Assembly: GCA_029261065.1 (NCBI GenBank)
Contig: JAJDCB010000026.1
Span: 18,715-82,714, forward strand
From: Candidatus Omnitrophota bacterium
Lineage (GTDB): Bacteria > Omnitrophota > Gorgyraeia > Zapsychrales > Zapsychraceae
DNA: 64,000 nt
Reading direction: 5' to 3'
Shown here: positions 41,738 to 51,939 of the stretch, piece after piece
Numbering within the stretch: the first letter of the stretch is position 1
Layout of the letters: each line of letters begins with the position of its first letter
Notes under the pieces: model-generated
What the model was told of the DNA's origin: nothing
Databases searched by the model: none
Seen by the model: only the letters and a program-made list of their open reading frames with translations
Program-made: the position numbers and the translations under genes

Positions 41738-43764
41738 AGGTGAGTCTAAACTGGTTAAATGAATACGTAAAGATTAATCTTTCAGCGCAGGAGTTATCCC
41801 ATAGGTTAACGATGGCGGGTCTCGAGGTTGAGTCGATTGATACGGTAAAGGGTGACAAAGTTTTCGAACTAGAAATTACACCTAATCGAGCTGATTGCTT
41901 AAGTATCATAGGTTTGGCTCGCGAAGTGTCGGCTATGTTAAATAAGAGTCTGAAGGTTCCTACCATAAAAAAAACACCACAGGTTAAGAATAAAATTTCA
42001 ATAACGATTGAAGACAAAAAGGCCTGTTTACAGTATGTTGGTTTTCTTGTTGAGAATATTACGGTCGGGAAAACACCAACAGGGATGTCCAACCATCTAT
42101 CATCATTGGGACTTCGTTCTATAAATAACATCGTTGATATTACTAATTTTTGTTTAATGGAATTGGGTCAACCGTTACACGCTTTTGATTATGATAAATT
42201 AAGTGGTGGAAAGATAATTGTACGAAGAGCTAAAAAAGGCGAATCAATTGTTACGTTAGACGATGTTGAGCGTAAACTCGATCCCTCGATCCTCGTTATT
42301 GCTGATGCCAAACGCCCTGTTGCCATTGCAGGCGTTATGGGCGGAAAAGATTCTCAGGTAACTTCACAAACAAAAAATATTCTTTTAGAAAGCGCCTATT
42401 TTGATCCTATTCTTATTAGACATACATCGAGAAAATTAGCTTTATCGAGTGACTCCTCTTATCGTTTTGAAAGAGGTGTTGATCAACAAAATGTGTTACC
42501 CACAGCAAACAGGGCATTGGCTTTAATTTTGGAAAACGCTAAAGGAAAGATGGTTAGTTTTTCTGACGCACGTGTTTCAAAAAAGAAGGCACTACAAAAA
42601 AATGTTAGCATTACCCTTGATCAAATCAATTCTTATTTGGGAGCACAGATAAGTAGTGCGAAAATTAAAAGCATTTTGACCAAATTAGATTTTAAATTGA
42701 AGGAAACAAAAAAGAACTCTTATCAGATTACACCACCATCTTTTCGACCAGATATAAAACAAGAGGTTGATATTATAGAAGAAATTGCTCGCATTATAGG
42801 TTACGATCAGCTGCCGGAGGCCCTCCCATTGATTAATGCAACGAATATGAAAGAAAATGTTAGGCGGCAAAAGAGAAATCTTTTAAAAAGGACTCTCGTT
42901 GGTCAAGGGCTTAAAGAAATTATCACTTTTGCCATGGTTAACCAATCAATGTTAGATAAATCAAATTATGACGGAATTAAAGGCATTGAGGTTTGTAATC
43001 CCATAACTCAAGATCATGCCATGATGAGACCATCGCTTTTTTCAAGTATGATGAGTGTTGTTCAAACTAACATTAACAAGGGGCAACGTAAATTAAGTTT
43101 TTTTGAAACAGGTAAGACATATACGAAAAATAAAGAAGAAGAGGTTCTGTGTTTGTTGATTTCTGAGGAAACCAATAGCGATTGGAGAGATCAAAAAAGA
43201 GGTTATCGCAACTATTTTGATTTAACAGGAAAGATTAACGAAATTTTTGATTGCTTGTCTTTGCAGGGTGTTACCTATGAGGTGAAGAATTACAGAAATT
43301 TAGAGGAAGGTCAATCGGCACAAATTAATTGGGACGGAAAAAGTATTGGCTTTGTGGGTAAGGTTGCAGGCGAGGTTCTAAATAACTGGGGAATTAAGGC
43401 CGGACGTTTTTATTGTGCAGAAATCAATGTAGAAAATATTCTTAGTCGTTCGCTTAAAGAAAAATCTTTTGTTCCGTTGTGCGAATATCCAGCGGTTTCA
43501 CGAGACGTGAGTATTGCCGTTAATAAAGATGTTTCTTTTGATAAGGTTAAGGCGGTTGTTGTTAAAAATGGAACTAAGCTATTGTCGAATTTTCGTTTTG
43601 TAGAAGAATATTTAGGTGAAAAAATTGAAAACGATAAAAGGGGCTTGATGTTTTCTGTTACTTATCAATCTTCTAATAAAACATTAAGAGAAGAAGACGT
43701 TAACGTGATTCACGAAAAAGTTTTAAAAGCTTTGGTTGTCGATCTTGATGTTATTATTCGTTAG
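41734..43764 (+). CDS. pheT: Phenylalanine-tRNA ligase beta subunit (lacks B2 tRNA-binding domain)
   Basis: MKVSLNWL..., LEITPNRADCLS follows directly after B1; GQPLHAFD, RFERGVD, FDX-ACB C-terminus. Confidence 0.96.
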   Translation: MKVSLNWLNEYVKINLSAQELSHRLTMAGLEVESIDTVKGDKVFELEITPNRADCLSIIGLAREVSAMLNKSLKVPTIKKTPQVKNKISITIEDKKACLQYVGFLVENITVGKTPTGMSNHLSSLGLRSINNIVDITNFCLMELGQPLHAFDYDKLSGGKIIVRRAKKGESIVTLDDVERKLDPSILVIADAKRPVAIAGVMGGKDSQVTSQTKNILLESAYFDPILIRHTSRKLALSSDSSYRFERGVDQQNVLPTANRALALILENAKGKMVSFSDARVSKKKALQKNVSITLDQINSYLGAQISSAKIKSILTKLDFKLKETKKNSYQITPPSFRPDIKQEVDIIEEIARIIGYDQLPEALPLINATNMKENVRRQKRNLLKRTLVGQGLKEIITFAMVNQSMLDKSNYDGIKGIEVCNPITQDHAMMRPSLFSSMMSVVQTNINKGQRKLSFFETGKTYTKNKEEEVLCLLISEETNSDWRDQKRGYRNYFDLTGKINEIFDCLSLQGVTYEVKNYRNLEEGQSAQINWDGKSIGFVGKVAGEVLNNWGIKAGRFYCAEINVENILSRSLKEKSFVPLCEYPAVSRDVSIAVNKDVSFDKVKAVVVKNGTKLLSNFRFVEEYLGEKIENDKRGLMFSVTYQSSNKTLREEDVNVIHEKVLKALVVDLDVIIR

Positions 43765-43821
43765 CGAGATGATACGAAATTTTATGTTTGTAATTTTTAC
43801 GCTGTGTTATAATTAATTTAT

Positions 43822-43976
43822 AGTCCCTGCTGTGCTCGTGGGGAGGAGCTTTAAAAAGAACCAATAATCTTATTTGGGTCGCTAAACTTTTCGGGTGTCC
43901 GTGGATGTCCGAAAGAGGTACCCACCTGGTGAGCCTGGTTCACCTTTGGGCTTTTCTAACGGCATAAGCGGGGATT
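43822..43976 (+). ncRNA. ssrS: 6S RNA
   Basis: Ends pair (GTCCCTGCTGTGC...GCATAAGCGGGGA); GAACC/GGTTC internal stem; CCCACCT motif; extended -10 TGtTATAAT at 43805-43813; T-tract after; neighbourhood with ygfA-rny. Confidence 0.8.
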
Positions 43977-43999
43977 TTTTTATCGCGGAATTCCTTTTT

Positions 44000-45352
44000 A
44001 TGAAACGTAAAATACCCTCCCTATCCAACGAAGAAAGTTTGTTTTCATCGATCGATAAAGAAACTCTGCTAAAAAATTCTCCATTAAGCGTCAGAATGCG
44101 ACCTCAATCATTAGATGAGTATATTGGACAAAAGCATATTTTGGGAGAGGGGCAACTTCTGCCTCGCGCGATAGCAGCGGATAAGCTTAATTCCGTCATA
44201 TTTTATGGCCCTCCCGGTGTTGGTAAGACGACATTAGCACAATGTATGTCAAAAAACACAAAAGCACACTTTGAGCGGCTCAATGCCGTTTCTTCAAACG
44301 TCGAAGAGCTTCGAAAAATTATCGCAGCCAGCCAAAATAGATTTTTTTCTACACAAACAAAGACGATTGTCTTCATTGATGAAATTCACCGATTTAATAA
44401 AGGTCAACAAGACGTCCTTATGCCAGATCTTGAGGCTGGGCATCTCGTCTTAATTGGAGCAACGGTTTTTAATCCGTTTTTTTCATTAACGAGTCCCCTT
44501 CTTTCGAGGTCTTTAGTTTTTGAACTTCAATCTCTTTCTAAAGAAGATTTGGTAAATATTTTAAAGCGGGCGATCGTTAATAAAGAAAAGGGAATGGGAT
44601 TTCTAGATATAAAGGCTGATGACGATGCTATTTCATTTTTAGCGGATATTTGTAACGGAGACGCGCGAAAGGCTCTTAATGCTTTAGAAATTGGATGTTT
44701 GACAGCGTCAAAAAATAAAAATCAAGAAATAGAATTTACGTTACAGGTAGCACAAGAATCCATACAGAAAAAACAGGTTGTCTATGATAAAGATGGGGAT
44801 GAACATTACGACACCGCGTCAGCTTTTATTAAGTCCATGCGTGGCTCAGATCCGGATGCTACTCTTTATTGGCTAGCCAAAATGATATATGCTGGTGAAG
44901 ATCCTCGATTTATCGCTAGAAGAATATGTATCTGTGCAGCTGAGGATGTCGGAAACGCAGATCCACAAGCATTAATACTGTCCAATGCCGCCTTACAGGT
45001 GTCCGAATTTATAGGCCTACCTGAAGCGAGAATTCCACTAGCCCAGGCTGCTGTATATATTGCCTGTGCGCCTAAGTCCAATGCCGCGTATATGGGCATA
45101 GAAAAGGCGTTATCTGATGTCAAAAATAAGAAAACACAGAATGTCCCTCAACATCTGAAGGATTCTTCTTATTCTGGGGCAAAAAAGCTCGGAAATGGAC
45201 AAAATTACAAATATGCCCATAATTATGAGGGTCATTATGTTAATCAAGAGTATATGCCGGTCAAAGCAAAGTATTATGAGCCAACGAATATGGGAGACGA
45301 GCGGAAAATCAAGGAAAGACTTGATGAGCTAAAGAAACAGATTAAGAGTTAA
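44000..45352 (+). CDS. rarA: Replication-associated recombination protein RarA/MgsA
   Basis: PLSVRMRP, GPPGVGKTT, FIDEIHRFNK, SAFIKSMRGSDPDA. ATG at 44000 preferred because the track's 43895 start lies within the 6S RNA. Confidence 0.95.
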   Translation: MKRKIPSLSNEESLFSSIDKETLLKNSPLSVRMRPQSLDEYIGQKHILGEGQLLPRAIAADKLNSVIFYGPPGVGKTTLAQCMSKNTKAHFERLNAVSSNVEELRKIIAASQNRFFSTQTKTIVFIDEIHRFNKGQQDVLMPDLEAGHLVLIGATVFNPFFSLTSPLLSRSLVFELQSLSKEDLVNILKRAIVNKEKGMGFLDIKADDDAISFLADICNGDARKALNALEIGCLTASKNKNQEIEFTLQVAQESIQKKQVVYDKDGDEHYDTASAFIKSMRGSDPDATLYWLAKMIYAGEDPRFIARRICICAAEDVGNADPQALILSNAALQVSEFIGLPEARIPLAQAAVYIACAPKSNAAYMGIEKALSDVKNKKTQNVPQHLKDSSYSGAKKLGNGQNYKYAHNYEGHYVNQEYMPVKAKYYEPTNMGDERKIKERLDELKKQIKS

Positions 45353-45509
45353 CCCAATTTTTTCGGACAACCCGTGAGGAAGCGCCATTTTGATGTTGTA
45401 TAAATAGCGAAAAGGTGATAACATAACGGCAATCATTAGGGAATTAAATAAGTTTTTATTGGCTATTAATTAGAGAAAAGACCAACATCTGGTCTACACA
45501 AGTAATCAC

Positions 45510-46073
45510 GTGTCGGTGTTAACAAAAGCAGATCTTAGAAAACAAGTAACAACTCTTTTAAGCAACCAAAAGGAGGAAGAACGTTTAGAAAAAAGCTTAA
45601 TTATTCAAAAAAAGCTTTTTGATTTACAGGAGTTTCAAAATTCCAACGTTATTCTTTTTTATGCGTCTTTTAAAGGAGAGGTATCCACAACCGAAATGAT
45701 AATTCGAGCCCAACAATTAGGAAAAAAAATAGGATTGCCAAGAGTCAATGTTAAAGAAAAGGCAATTATTCCAACCTTAGTGGAAAATTTAGATGAAAAT
45801 TTAGAAAATGGACCTTATGGTATTAAAGAGCCAAAGGAAACGGCACAAAATAGATTAGCACCGCATGAGATTGATATGGTAGTTGTTCCTGCCGTTGCAT
45901 TTGATAAAGCTAATTATCGTTTAGGCCGCGGTGGCGGCTATTACGACCGTTTCCTTAAAGGCCTTTCATCTGATATCCCCACAGTCGGCTTAGCATTTGA
46001 TTTTCAAATCGTAGAGACCCTCCCACAATTAGAAGACCACGATATTCCTGTATCCCTTGTCTTAGCAAACTAG
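45510..46073 (+). CDS. ygfA: 5-formyltetrahydrofolate cyclo-ligase
   Basis: VVVPAVAFD...RLGRGGGYYDRFL, HD.PV. Confidence 0.95.
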   Translation: MSVLTKADLRKQVTTLLSNQKEEERLEKSLIIQKKLFDLQEFQNSNVILFYASFKGEVSTTEMIIRAQQLGKKIGLPRVNVKEKAIIPTLVENLDENLENGPYGIKEPKETAQNRLAPHEIDMVVVPAVAFDKANYRLGRGGGYYDRFLKGLSSDIPTVGLAFDFQIVETLPQLEDHDIPVSLVLAN

Positions 46074-46165
46074 ATATTTTCTAGTCCTAAAACTGTAAAA
46101 CTTAAAATTAGTAAACAAACTCTTATCGCGATTGCTCGCGTTGTAGTTAAGAAGGAGCGTTAGAT

Positions 46166-47728
46166 ATGGAAGAATACTTAGTCGTTGTCATGGGTGTTTT
46201 TGGAACACTTATGTTTGTCACAGGTTATTTTATTCGTTGGGTTTTTGCCGGAAAAAAGCTAAAAGAATCTGAAGAAAGAGCCAATCGGGTCATTGAACAA
46301 GCTGATAAAGAGGCAGAATCTAAAAAGAAAGAAATAGAACTTCAGGGAAAAGACCTGATGATTAAACTACGTCAGGACTTTGAAAGGGAAACAAAAGACA
46401 GGCGAGAAGAAATTCTTGCCAATGAAAAAAGAATTTTACAAAAGGAAGAAAATTTAGAAAAAAGAGTCGATCTATTAGAAAAGAAGGAAAAAGATCTTAA
46501 TGGTCGGCTAGCAACATTACATGAAAAAGAAAAAGGTATTGATGATCGAAAAGCCTCCCTCGATAAGCTTATTATAGAAGAAAAGGAAAGACTTCAAAAA
46601 ATATCCAATTTAACACAAGAAGAGGCAAAAAACTTGTTGTTATTAAGGGTCGATGAAGAATTACTTGAGGAGAAGGCTACACGTATTCGGCAAATGGAAG
46701 AAGACATAAAAAATAATGTCGACAAAAAGGCCCGAACAATTATTAGTACAGCCATACAACGCTGTTCATCGGAACACACCGCGGCATCAACAGTAACTGT
46801 TGTTGTTCTTCCAAGTGATGAAATGAAAGGCCGAATTATTGGACGTGAAGGTCGAAATATTAGGGCCTTAGAAGCCGCCGCTGGAGTAGATATTATCATT
46901 GATGACACACCTGAGGCTGTAACGATTTCAGGTTTTGATATGTTTCGTCGTGAAATAGCAAAAATTGCATTGGAAAATTTAATTGCTGATGGAAGAATTC
47001 ATCCAGGGCGTATAGAAGAAGTTGTTGAGAAAGCTAAGTTAGAAATGGATAATATTATTAGAGAAGAAGGTGAGAAGGTTGCCTTTGATTTAGGTATTCA
47101 TGGAATGCACATCGAGTTGCTAAAGTTGGTTGGTCGTTTGAAATTTAGAACCAGCTACGGGCAAAATGGATTGCAGCATACCAAAGAGGTTGCTATGCTT
47201 ATCGGTTCTATGGCGTCTCAATTAAACCTAGATCCTAAGGTTGCCATGAGAGCGGGACTTCTTCATGATATCGGTAAAGTTGTTAGTCAAGATGTTGAAG
47301 AGGGAACTCATGCTATTGTTGGTGGAACCCTTTCTCGAAAATATGGTGAAAAGGAAGAAGTTGCAAACGCCGTTGAATCTCATCATGAAGAGGTTGAAAT
47401 GACATCCATGTATGGGGCTTTGGTTTGTGCGGCCGATGCTATTAGTGCGGCCCGTCCAGGAGCAAGGGCGGAAACCTTAGAAACGTACGTTAAGCGATTA
47501 GAAAATTTAGAAAAAATTGCCAACTCTTATAAGGGTATAAGCAAAGCTTATGCGTTACAAGCCGGACGAGAAATTCGTATTATTGTAGATCCTGATAAAA
47601 TTAACGACGATGAATCCATCGTGTTGGCTCGAGATCTTCGTAAAAAGATTGAAGAAGAGATGGAGTATCCTGGGCAAATCAAAGTTATTGTTTTAAGAGA
47701 AACAAGAGCTGTAGAGTTTGCAAAGTAA
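46166..47728 (+). CDS. rny: Ribonuclease Y
   Basis: N-terminal TM helix and coiled coil; KH domain ([14 protein letters not shown]); HD domain (LLHDIGK). Confidence 0.97.
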   Translation: MEEYLVVVMGVFGTLMFVTGYFIRWVFAGKKLKESEERANRVIEQADKEAESKKKEIELQGKDLMIKLRQDFERETKDRREEILANEKRILQKEENLEKRVDLLEKKEKDLNGRLATLHEKEKGIDDRKASLDKLIIEEKERLQKISNLTQEEAKNLLLLRVDEELLEEKATRIRQMEEDIKNNVDKKARTIISTAIQRCSSEHTAASTVTVVVLPSDEMKGRIIGREGRNIRALEAAAGVDIIIDDTPEAVTISGFDMFRREIAKIALENLIADGRIHPGRIEEVVEKAKLEMDNIIREEGEKVAFDLGIHGMHIELLKLVGRLKFRTSYGQNGLQHTKEVAMLIGSMASQLNLDPKVAMRAGLLHDIGKVVSQDVEEGTHAIVGGTLSRKYGEKEEVANAVESHHEEVEMTSMYGALVCAADAISAARPGARAETLETYVKRLENLEKIANSYKGISKAYALQAGREIRIIVDPDKINDDESIVLARDLRKKIEEEMEYPGQIKVIVLRETRAVEFAK

Positions 47729-47750
47729 ACATTTTACCATTTACTAACAC

Positions 47751-47779
47751 TGTCATCCCCTTGTATTTGGGGGATGACA
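47751..47779. repeat. Family C-related hairpin, possible terminator after rny
   Basis: TGTCATCCCC-TTGTATTTG-GGGGATGACA followed by ATTTTTTT. Confidence 0.7.
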
Positions 47780-47790
47780 AATTTTTTTAG

Positions 47791-47827
47791 TTAGGAATTT
47801 CGAAGCTTTAGCGAAATTCCACATTGG
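47791..47827. repeat. Family B REP-like palindrome, copy 3
   Basis: TTAGGAATTTCGAAGCTTTAGCGAAATTCCACATTGG. Confidence 0.9.
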
Positions 47828-47848
47828 ATTAAAATCCTACCTTTGATT

Positions 47849-48649
47849 ATGAACATTCTTTGCATTGGCGATATCATGGGCAAACCAGGTCGAGAGGCCA
47901 TAATCCAGTTGCTTGATGGTATCAAAAAAGAATATAAAATTGATTGCGTAATCGCTAATGCAGAAAATGCTGCAGGTGGTTCGGGTTTAACGTCGCGTTT
48001 GGCTAAACAATTTTTTAAGGCTGGGTGCGATGTTTTGACGTTAGGTGATCACACGTGGGATCAAAAAGAGCTGGAAGAATATTTGGATGTAGAGCGGAAT
48101 GTTATACGCCCGGCAAACTTTCCGGAAGGAGCTCCTGGTAAAGGATGGGTTATCAAAGAATCTGATAAGGGTGTTAAGGTCGGTGTTGTTAATTTGTTAG
48201 GACGGGTATTTATGCGCTATCAGGTTGGATGTCCGTTTCTGGCATTAGATGCTATTATTAAAGAGATCAAAAAAGAAACCTCAATTATTATTGTTGATAT
48301 GCACGCTGAAACAACGAGTGAAAAAGTTGCTATTGGCCATTACGCTAATGGTAGGGTCTCTGGAGTCGTGGGCACACATACACATATTCAAACAGCAGAC
48401 GATACCATTCTTTCCCAAAAGACAGCATACATCACAGACATGGGGATGACAGGTCCTTACGACTCCGTTATTGGCCAAAACAAAGATATCATTATCAAAC
48501 GATTTTTGACAAGCCGTCCCATTCGCTTTGGAGTGGCTAAAGATGATATTAGACTTTGTGGCGTTGTCATCGAAGTTGATGAAAAAAATGGTCAGGCCAA
48601 GAAAATCACGCGATTGCAGAAAAAGTACGTAGAGGCCAAAGACAAATAG
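47849..48649 (+). CDS. ymdB: YmdB family metallophosphoesterase (TIGR00282)
   Basis: IGDIMG, NAENAAGG, TLGDH, DMHAETTSEK, GTHTH, TDMGMTGP. Confidence 0.95.
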   Translation: MNILCIGDIMGKPGREAIIQLLDGIKKEYKIDCVIANAENAAGGSGLTSRLAKQFFKAGCDVLTLGDHTWDQKELEEYLDVERNVIRPANFPEGAPGKGWVIKESDKGVKVGVVNLLGRVFMRYQVGCPFLALDAIIKEIKKETSIIIVDMHAETTSEKVAIGHYANGRVSGVVGTHTHIQTADDTILSQKTAYITDMGMTGPYDSVIGQNKDIIIKRFLTSRPIRFGVAKDDIRLCGVVIEVDEKNGQAKKITRLQKKYVEAKDK

Positions 48650-48767
48650 AAGTGCTATAAACGACATAGGGTTACGTATTATTTTCCCCAGATTTATTTT
48701 TTTTGTCATTATAAATATGTTATAATTTAACAGCAGCTTCAATTTTATAGGCCTGATTAAGGAGTCT

Positions 48768-49151
48768 TTGATGAGTAAATGGGAAGGTTTAGATCGAAGA
48801 AAGTTTCCACGTGTTAGTTTTCCTTGCCTTGTCGTTATTGGTGATGACGGTAAAAAAGGGGTTATTTTAACACATACAGAAAATTTAGGAATTGGAGGCG
48901 TTTGTGTCATATTAAAAGAAGACATAAAGCTTTTTAGTGGAGTTCGATTGGAATTAGACTTATTAGATATGCAGCCACACATCAAGTGCAAGGGCAAGGT
49001 TGTTTGGAACGTCAAACGAAAGATGGACCAAAAGAAAAAGCCTTTATTTTTCGATATCGGAGTTGAGTTTCAAGACATGAGTAGTTCAGACCTTAAACGG
49101 TTAGAACAGATAGTTAAAAAAATTGAACGTAAACATGGTGTTGTTTCATAA
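48768..49151 (+). CDS. PilZ domain protein
   Basis: RRKFPR, ENLGIGG, GKVVW, GVEF. Confidence 0.85.
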   Translation: MMSKWEGLDRRKFPRVSFPCLVVIGDDGKKGVILTHTENLGIGGVCVILKEDIKLFSGVRLELDLLDMQPHIKCKGKVVWNVKRKMDQKKKPLFFDIGVEFQDMSSSDLKRLEQIVKKIERKHGVVS

Positions 49152-49215
49152 AACTTCCCCACGGATGTTTCATTAGTTCACCTCAAACATAAATATTAAT
49201 TTTTAGGATACCATT

Positions 49216-50499
49216 ATGGTTAAAGTTAGATTTGCGCCTAGTCCAACAGGATTTTTGCACATTGGTGGTGCTAGAACCGCGTTGTTTAATTGGATGTATG
49301 CCCGAGTGCAAAAGGGTAAGTTTGTTTTAAGAATTGAAGATACGGATCAAGTGCGTTCTAAAAAAGAATTTGAAGAAGAAATTTTGGATAGCATGAAGTG
49401 GTTGGGTCTTGATTGGGATGAAATTTATTATCAAAGCGAGCGCTTTGACATTTACAAAGAACATGCAACAAAACTTCTGGACGAAGGTAAGGCCTACAAA
49501 GAGGGTGAGGCCATTATTCTTAAGATTCCTCAACAAGAAATAAAACTATACGATTTGATTCGTGGAGAAATTACATTTGATTCGGCTCTAATAAAAGATC
49601 AGGTTTTAATGAAATCAGACGGCTCTCCAGCGTATAGTTTTGCTTGTGTTATGGACGATGCTCTTATGGAGATATCTTGCGTTATCCGAGGAGAGGATCA
49701 CATATCAAACACGCCTAAACAAATGATGATCTATAACGCTCTTGGTTTTAAAATTCCAAAATTTGCTCATCTTCCTCTTATTATGGGTGAAGATGGTTCT
49801 CGTCTTTCAAAAAGGACGGGAGCTGTGGCTGTCAGCGATTATCGTAAAGAAGGTTTTTTGCCGGACGCTTTGGTTAATTATCTTATGTTGCTTGGTTGGT
49901 CCCCTGGAAACAATCAGGAAGTTGTGTCTCTTGATGCCGCTGTAAAAAAGTTTTCGATTAAAAAGGTCAATAAAGCTGCTGCAATTTTTTCAATAGATAA
50001 ATTAAATTGGATAAATGGTCAATATTTAAAAAAGATTGATACAGACAAATTAGTTGATCTTTTAATTCCTTTTTTGCAAGAGAAAGGATATGTAGATCAG
50101 GATGTAGATAAATCTTCACTTAAGAGTATTGTGGAATTATTTAAAGGTCGTTTATCTAAGTTGGTGAATTTTATTGAATGGGCAGATTTTGCCTTTATAG
50201 AAAAGCCTAATTTTGATAAGGAAGCCCAAGAAAAACATTTAGCCCAAGATCGCAGTAAGGAGTTTAAAATTTTGATAGAAAGATTTTCAGCCCTCGATTC
50301 TTTTGATAAAGATAGCATTGAAGAGACGTATAAGACAGTTATGGAAGAGTTAGGCTTAAAGCCCGCTGAGTTGGTTCATGCTATTCGTGTTGCGGTCACA
50401 GGCCGTGCGATTGGGCCAAGTTTATTTGAGTGTATTGCCCTTTTAGGCAAAGAGAAATCTATCCAACGGCTGGAAGCCGCTTTTAGCTGTGTTGGATAA
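49216..50499 (+). CDS. gltX: Glutamate-tRNA ligase, short form
   Basis: RFAPSPTG, HIGG, IRGEDH, RLSKR; the Cys-rich zinc-binding segment is absent. Confidence 0.95.
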   Translation: MVKVRFAPSPTGFLHIGGARTALFNWMYARVQKGKFVLRIEDTDQVRSKKEFEEEILDSMKWLGLDWDEIYYQSERFDIYKEHATKLLDEGKAYKEGEAIILKIPQQEIKLYDLIRGEITFDSALIKDQVLMKSDGSPAYSFACVMDDALMEISCVIRGEDHISNTPKQMMIYNALGFKIPKFAHLPLIMGEDGSRLSKRTGAVAVSDYRKEGFLPDALVNYLMLLGWSPGNNQEVVSLDAAVKKFSIKKVNKAAAIFSIDKLNWINGQYLKKIDTDKLVDLLIPFLQEKGYVDQDVDKSSLKSIVELFKGRLSKLVNFIEWADFAFIEKPNFDKEAQEKHLAQDRSKEFKILIERFSALDSFDKDSIEETYKTVMEELGLKPAELVHAIRVAVTGRAIGPSLFECIALLGKEKSIQRLEAAFSCVG

Positions 50500-50730
50500 A
50501 ATGCTGCAGTTTGATGCCTGGATTCAGCAATACGTCTGGTAATACGAATCATCCAAGATCCTTTTTAGCCTGGTGGCTATCTACATATTTAACCCCTTCC
50601 AAAAGCGCAAGTTGTTTGATTTAAACAACTTATAATTCAAAAATCACCAATATCTTGCAGCTATTTGCTTTCCCGATGGAGATGGTATACTTACAGAAAT
50701 ATCGAAATTCTTATAACTGAGGTGTTTATT

Positions 50731-51159
50731 TTGAAGCGAGGCATATATTTTTTATTGGTTGTCCTTTTTTTTAGTGGATCATTTACGGCTCATTCTCGAT
50801 CCATGGATCAAATTGAAGAATATAAGATGGTAAATATTATCCAGTTCGTTCTTATTCTGGGTGGCGATCAATATGCAGAGGAGTCTATACACGGCATGAT
50901 AGATTTTTATGCCTCAATTATTGATGAACTTTTTAGTGATGATGAGTTAGAAGAAATTGTGGCATTTGGTAAAACTTCAGCGGGCCGCAAGCTTTTTAAA
51001 GATTTAAGAATGGGTGTATTATCTTCTGATTTGACTGACGAAGAATTATTGACTTACGACTGGTTTTGGAATTCCAAAATTGGACATAAATACGATCAAT
51101 TAAGTAAGAAAACTATGGATAAGATGGAAAATCGCCAACTCAAAGCCCTGGGACGTTGA
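50731..51159 (+). CDS. Exported DUF2059-like protein
   Basis: GAGGTG RBS then TTG at 50731; signal peptide; FSDDELEEIVAFGKTSAGRKL plus a second similar LTDEELLTYDWFWNSKIGHKY. Confidence 0.6.
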   Translation: MKRGIYFLLVVLFFSGSFTAHSRSMDQIEEYKMVNIIQFVLILGGDQYAEESIHGMIDFYASIIDELFSDDELEEIVAFGKTSAGRKLFKDLRMGVLSSDLTDEELLTYDWFWNSKIGHKYDQLSKKTMDKMENRQLKALGR

Positions 51160-51289
51160 TCGAAGTAACATTTTTATCGCTTTGTTCAAACTTCTCATTT
51201 AATCCTTCCCCAAATTGTGTTATAAAGAGATATCCTTCCCAATTCTACGAATTAAAATTTATCACTAACACTAAATAAAAAGGCCTTAA

Positions 51290-51889
51290 TTGAAACTCCT
51301 TTTATTTTTAAAAGCTCAAAGAAATTTGTTCCAATTAATGGTAGCCCTATGTTTATTGTGTTTTTCATCTATAAGTTGCGATGCCATTTATCGGCTACTT
51401 GATAAAGAGGGGGCCGAGGAGAAGGATCTTGTTGGTGAAATTGTGCCTTTTGAAAAAAATCCAACGATTGAGGAGGTGCAGGTCCTTTTGAAACTTTATG
51501 GATATAATTCTGGTAAAGTTGATGGTGTTTTGGGGTTGCGTACAAGAGATGCGATTGAAAGGTTTCAGAAAGATAATGGACTCAAAGAAACCAGATTTGT
51601 TGATCAGGAAACATGGCGAGCCCTTAAATTGTTTAGGGAAGAAGGCTTTATCGTTGAGGAGAAGTTAAATGTTTTATTGGTTCAGACTATTTTGAAAGAA
51701 AATGGCTTTGATTCAGGCAATATTGATGGGAAATTTGGACCAAAGACAAGAGAGAAGGTTATGGAGCTGCAGAAAACGTATGAATTGAAAGTTGATGGAA
51801 AAGTTGGTTATCAAACATTAAAAAGGTTGTTGGAGTTACATAAAGGGGAGAGTGTTTTAGTGGAGGAAGTCATTCCGTCGGAAATGTAA
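51290..51889 (+). CDS. Peptidoglycan-binding domain protein (two PG_binding_1-like domains), probable lipoprotein
   Basis: VQ.LL...GY..G.VDG..G..T..AI..FQ..NGL, repeated; SISC lipobox-like. Confidence 0.85.
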   Translation: MKLLLFLKAQRNLFQLMVALCLLCFSSISCDAIYRLLDKEGAEEKDLVGEIVPFEKNPTIEEVQVLLKLYGYNSGKVDGVLGLRTRDAIERFQKDNGLKETRFVDQETWRALKLFREEGFIVEEKLNVLLVQTILKENGFDSGNIDGKFGPKTREKVMELQKTYELKVDGKVGYQTLKRLLELHKGESVLVEEVIPSEM

Positions 51890-51939
51890 GGTTTGCTTGA
51901 ATGACTGTCGAAAAAGCCGTATAATGAAGTTTTAATATC

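Noticed and set aside
43895-43999. N-terminal extension of RarA in the ORF track
   Set aside because: Lies inside the 6S RNA; ATG 44000 is the plausible start.
45353-45509. Possible riboswitch or zapA upstream of ygfA
   Set aside because: No recognisable aptamer consensus and no credible ORF.
48281-49015. 244-aa minus-strand ORF
   Set aside because: Antisense shadow of ymdB and the PilZ gene; no recognisable motifs.
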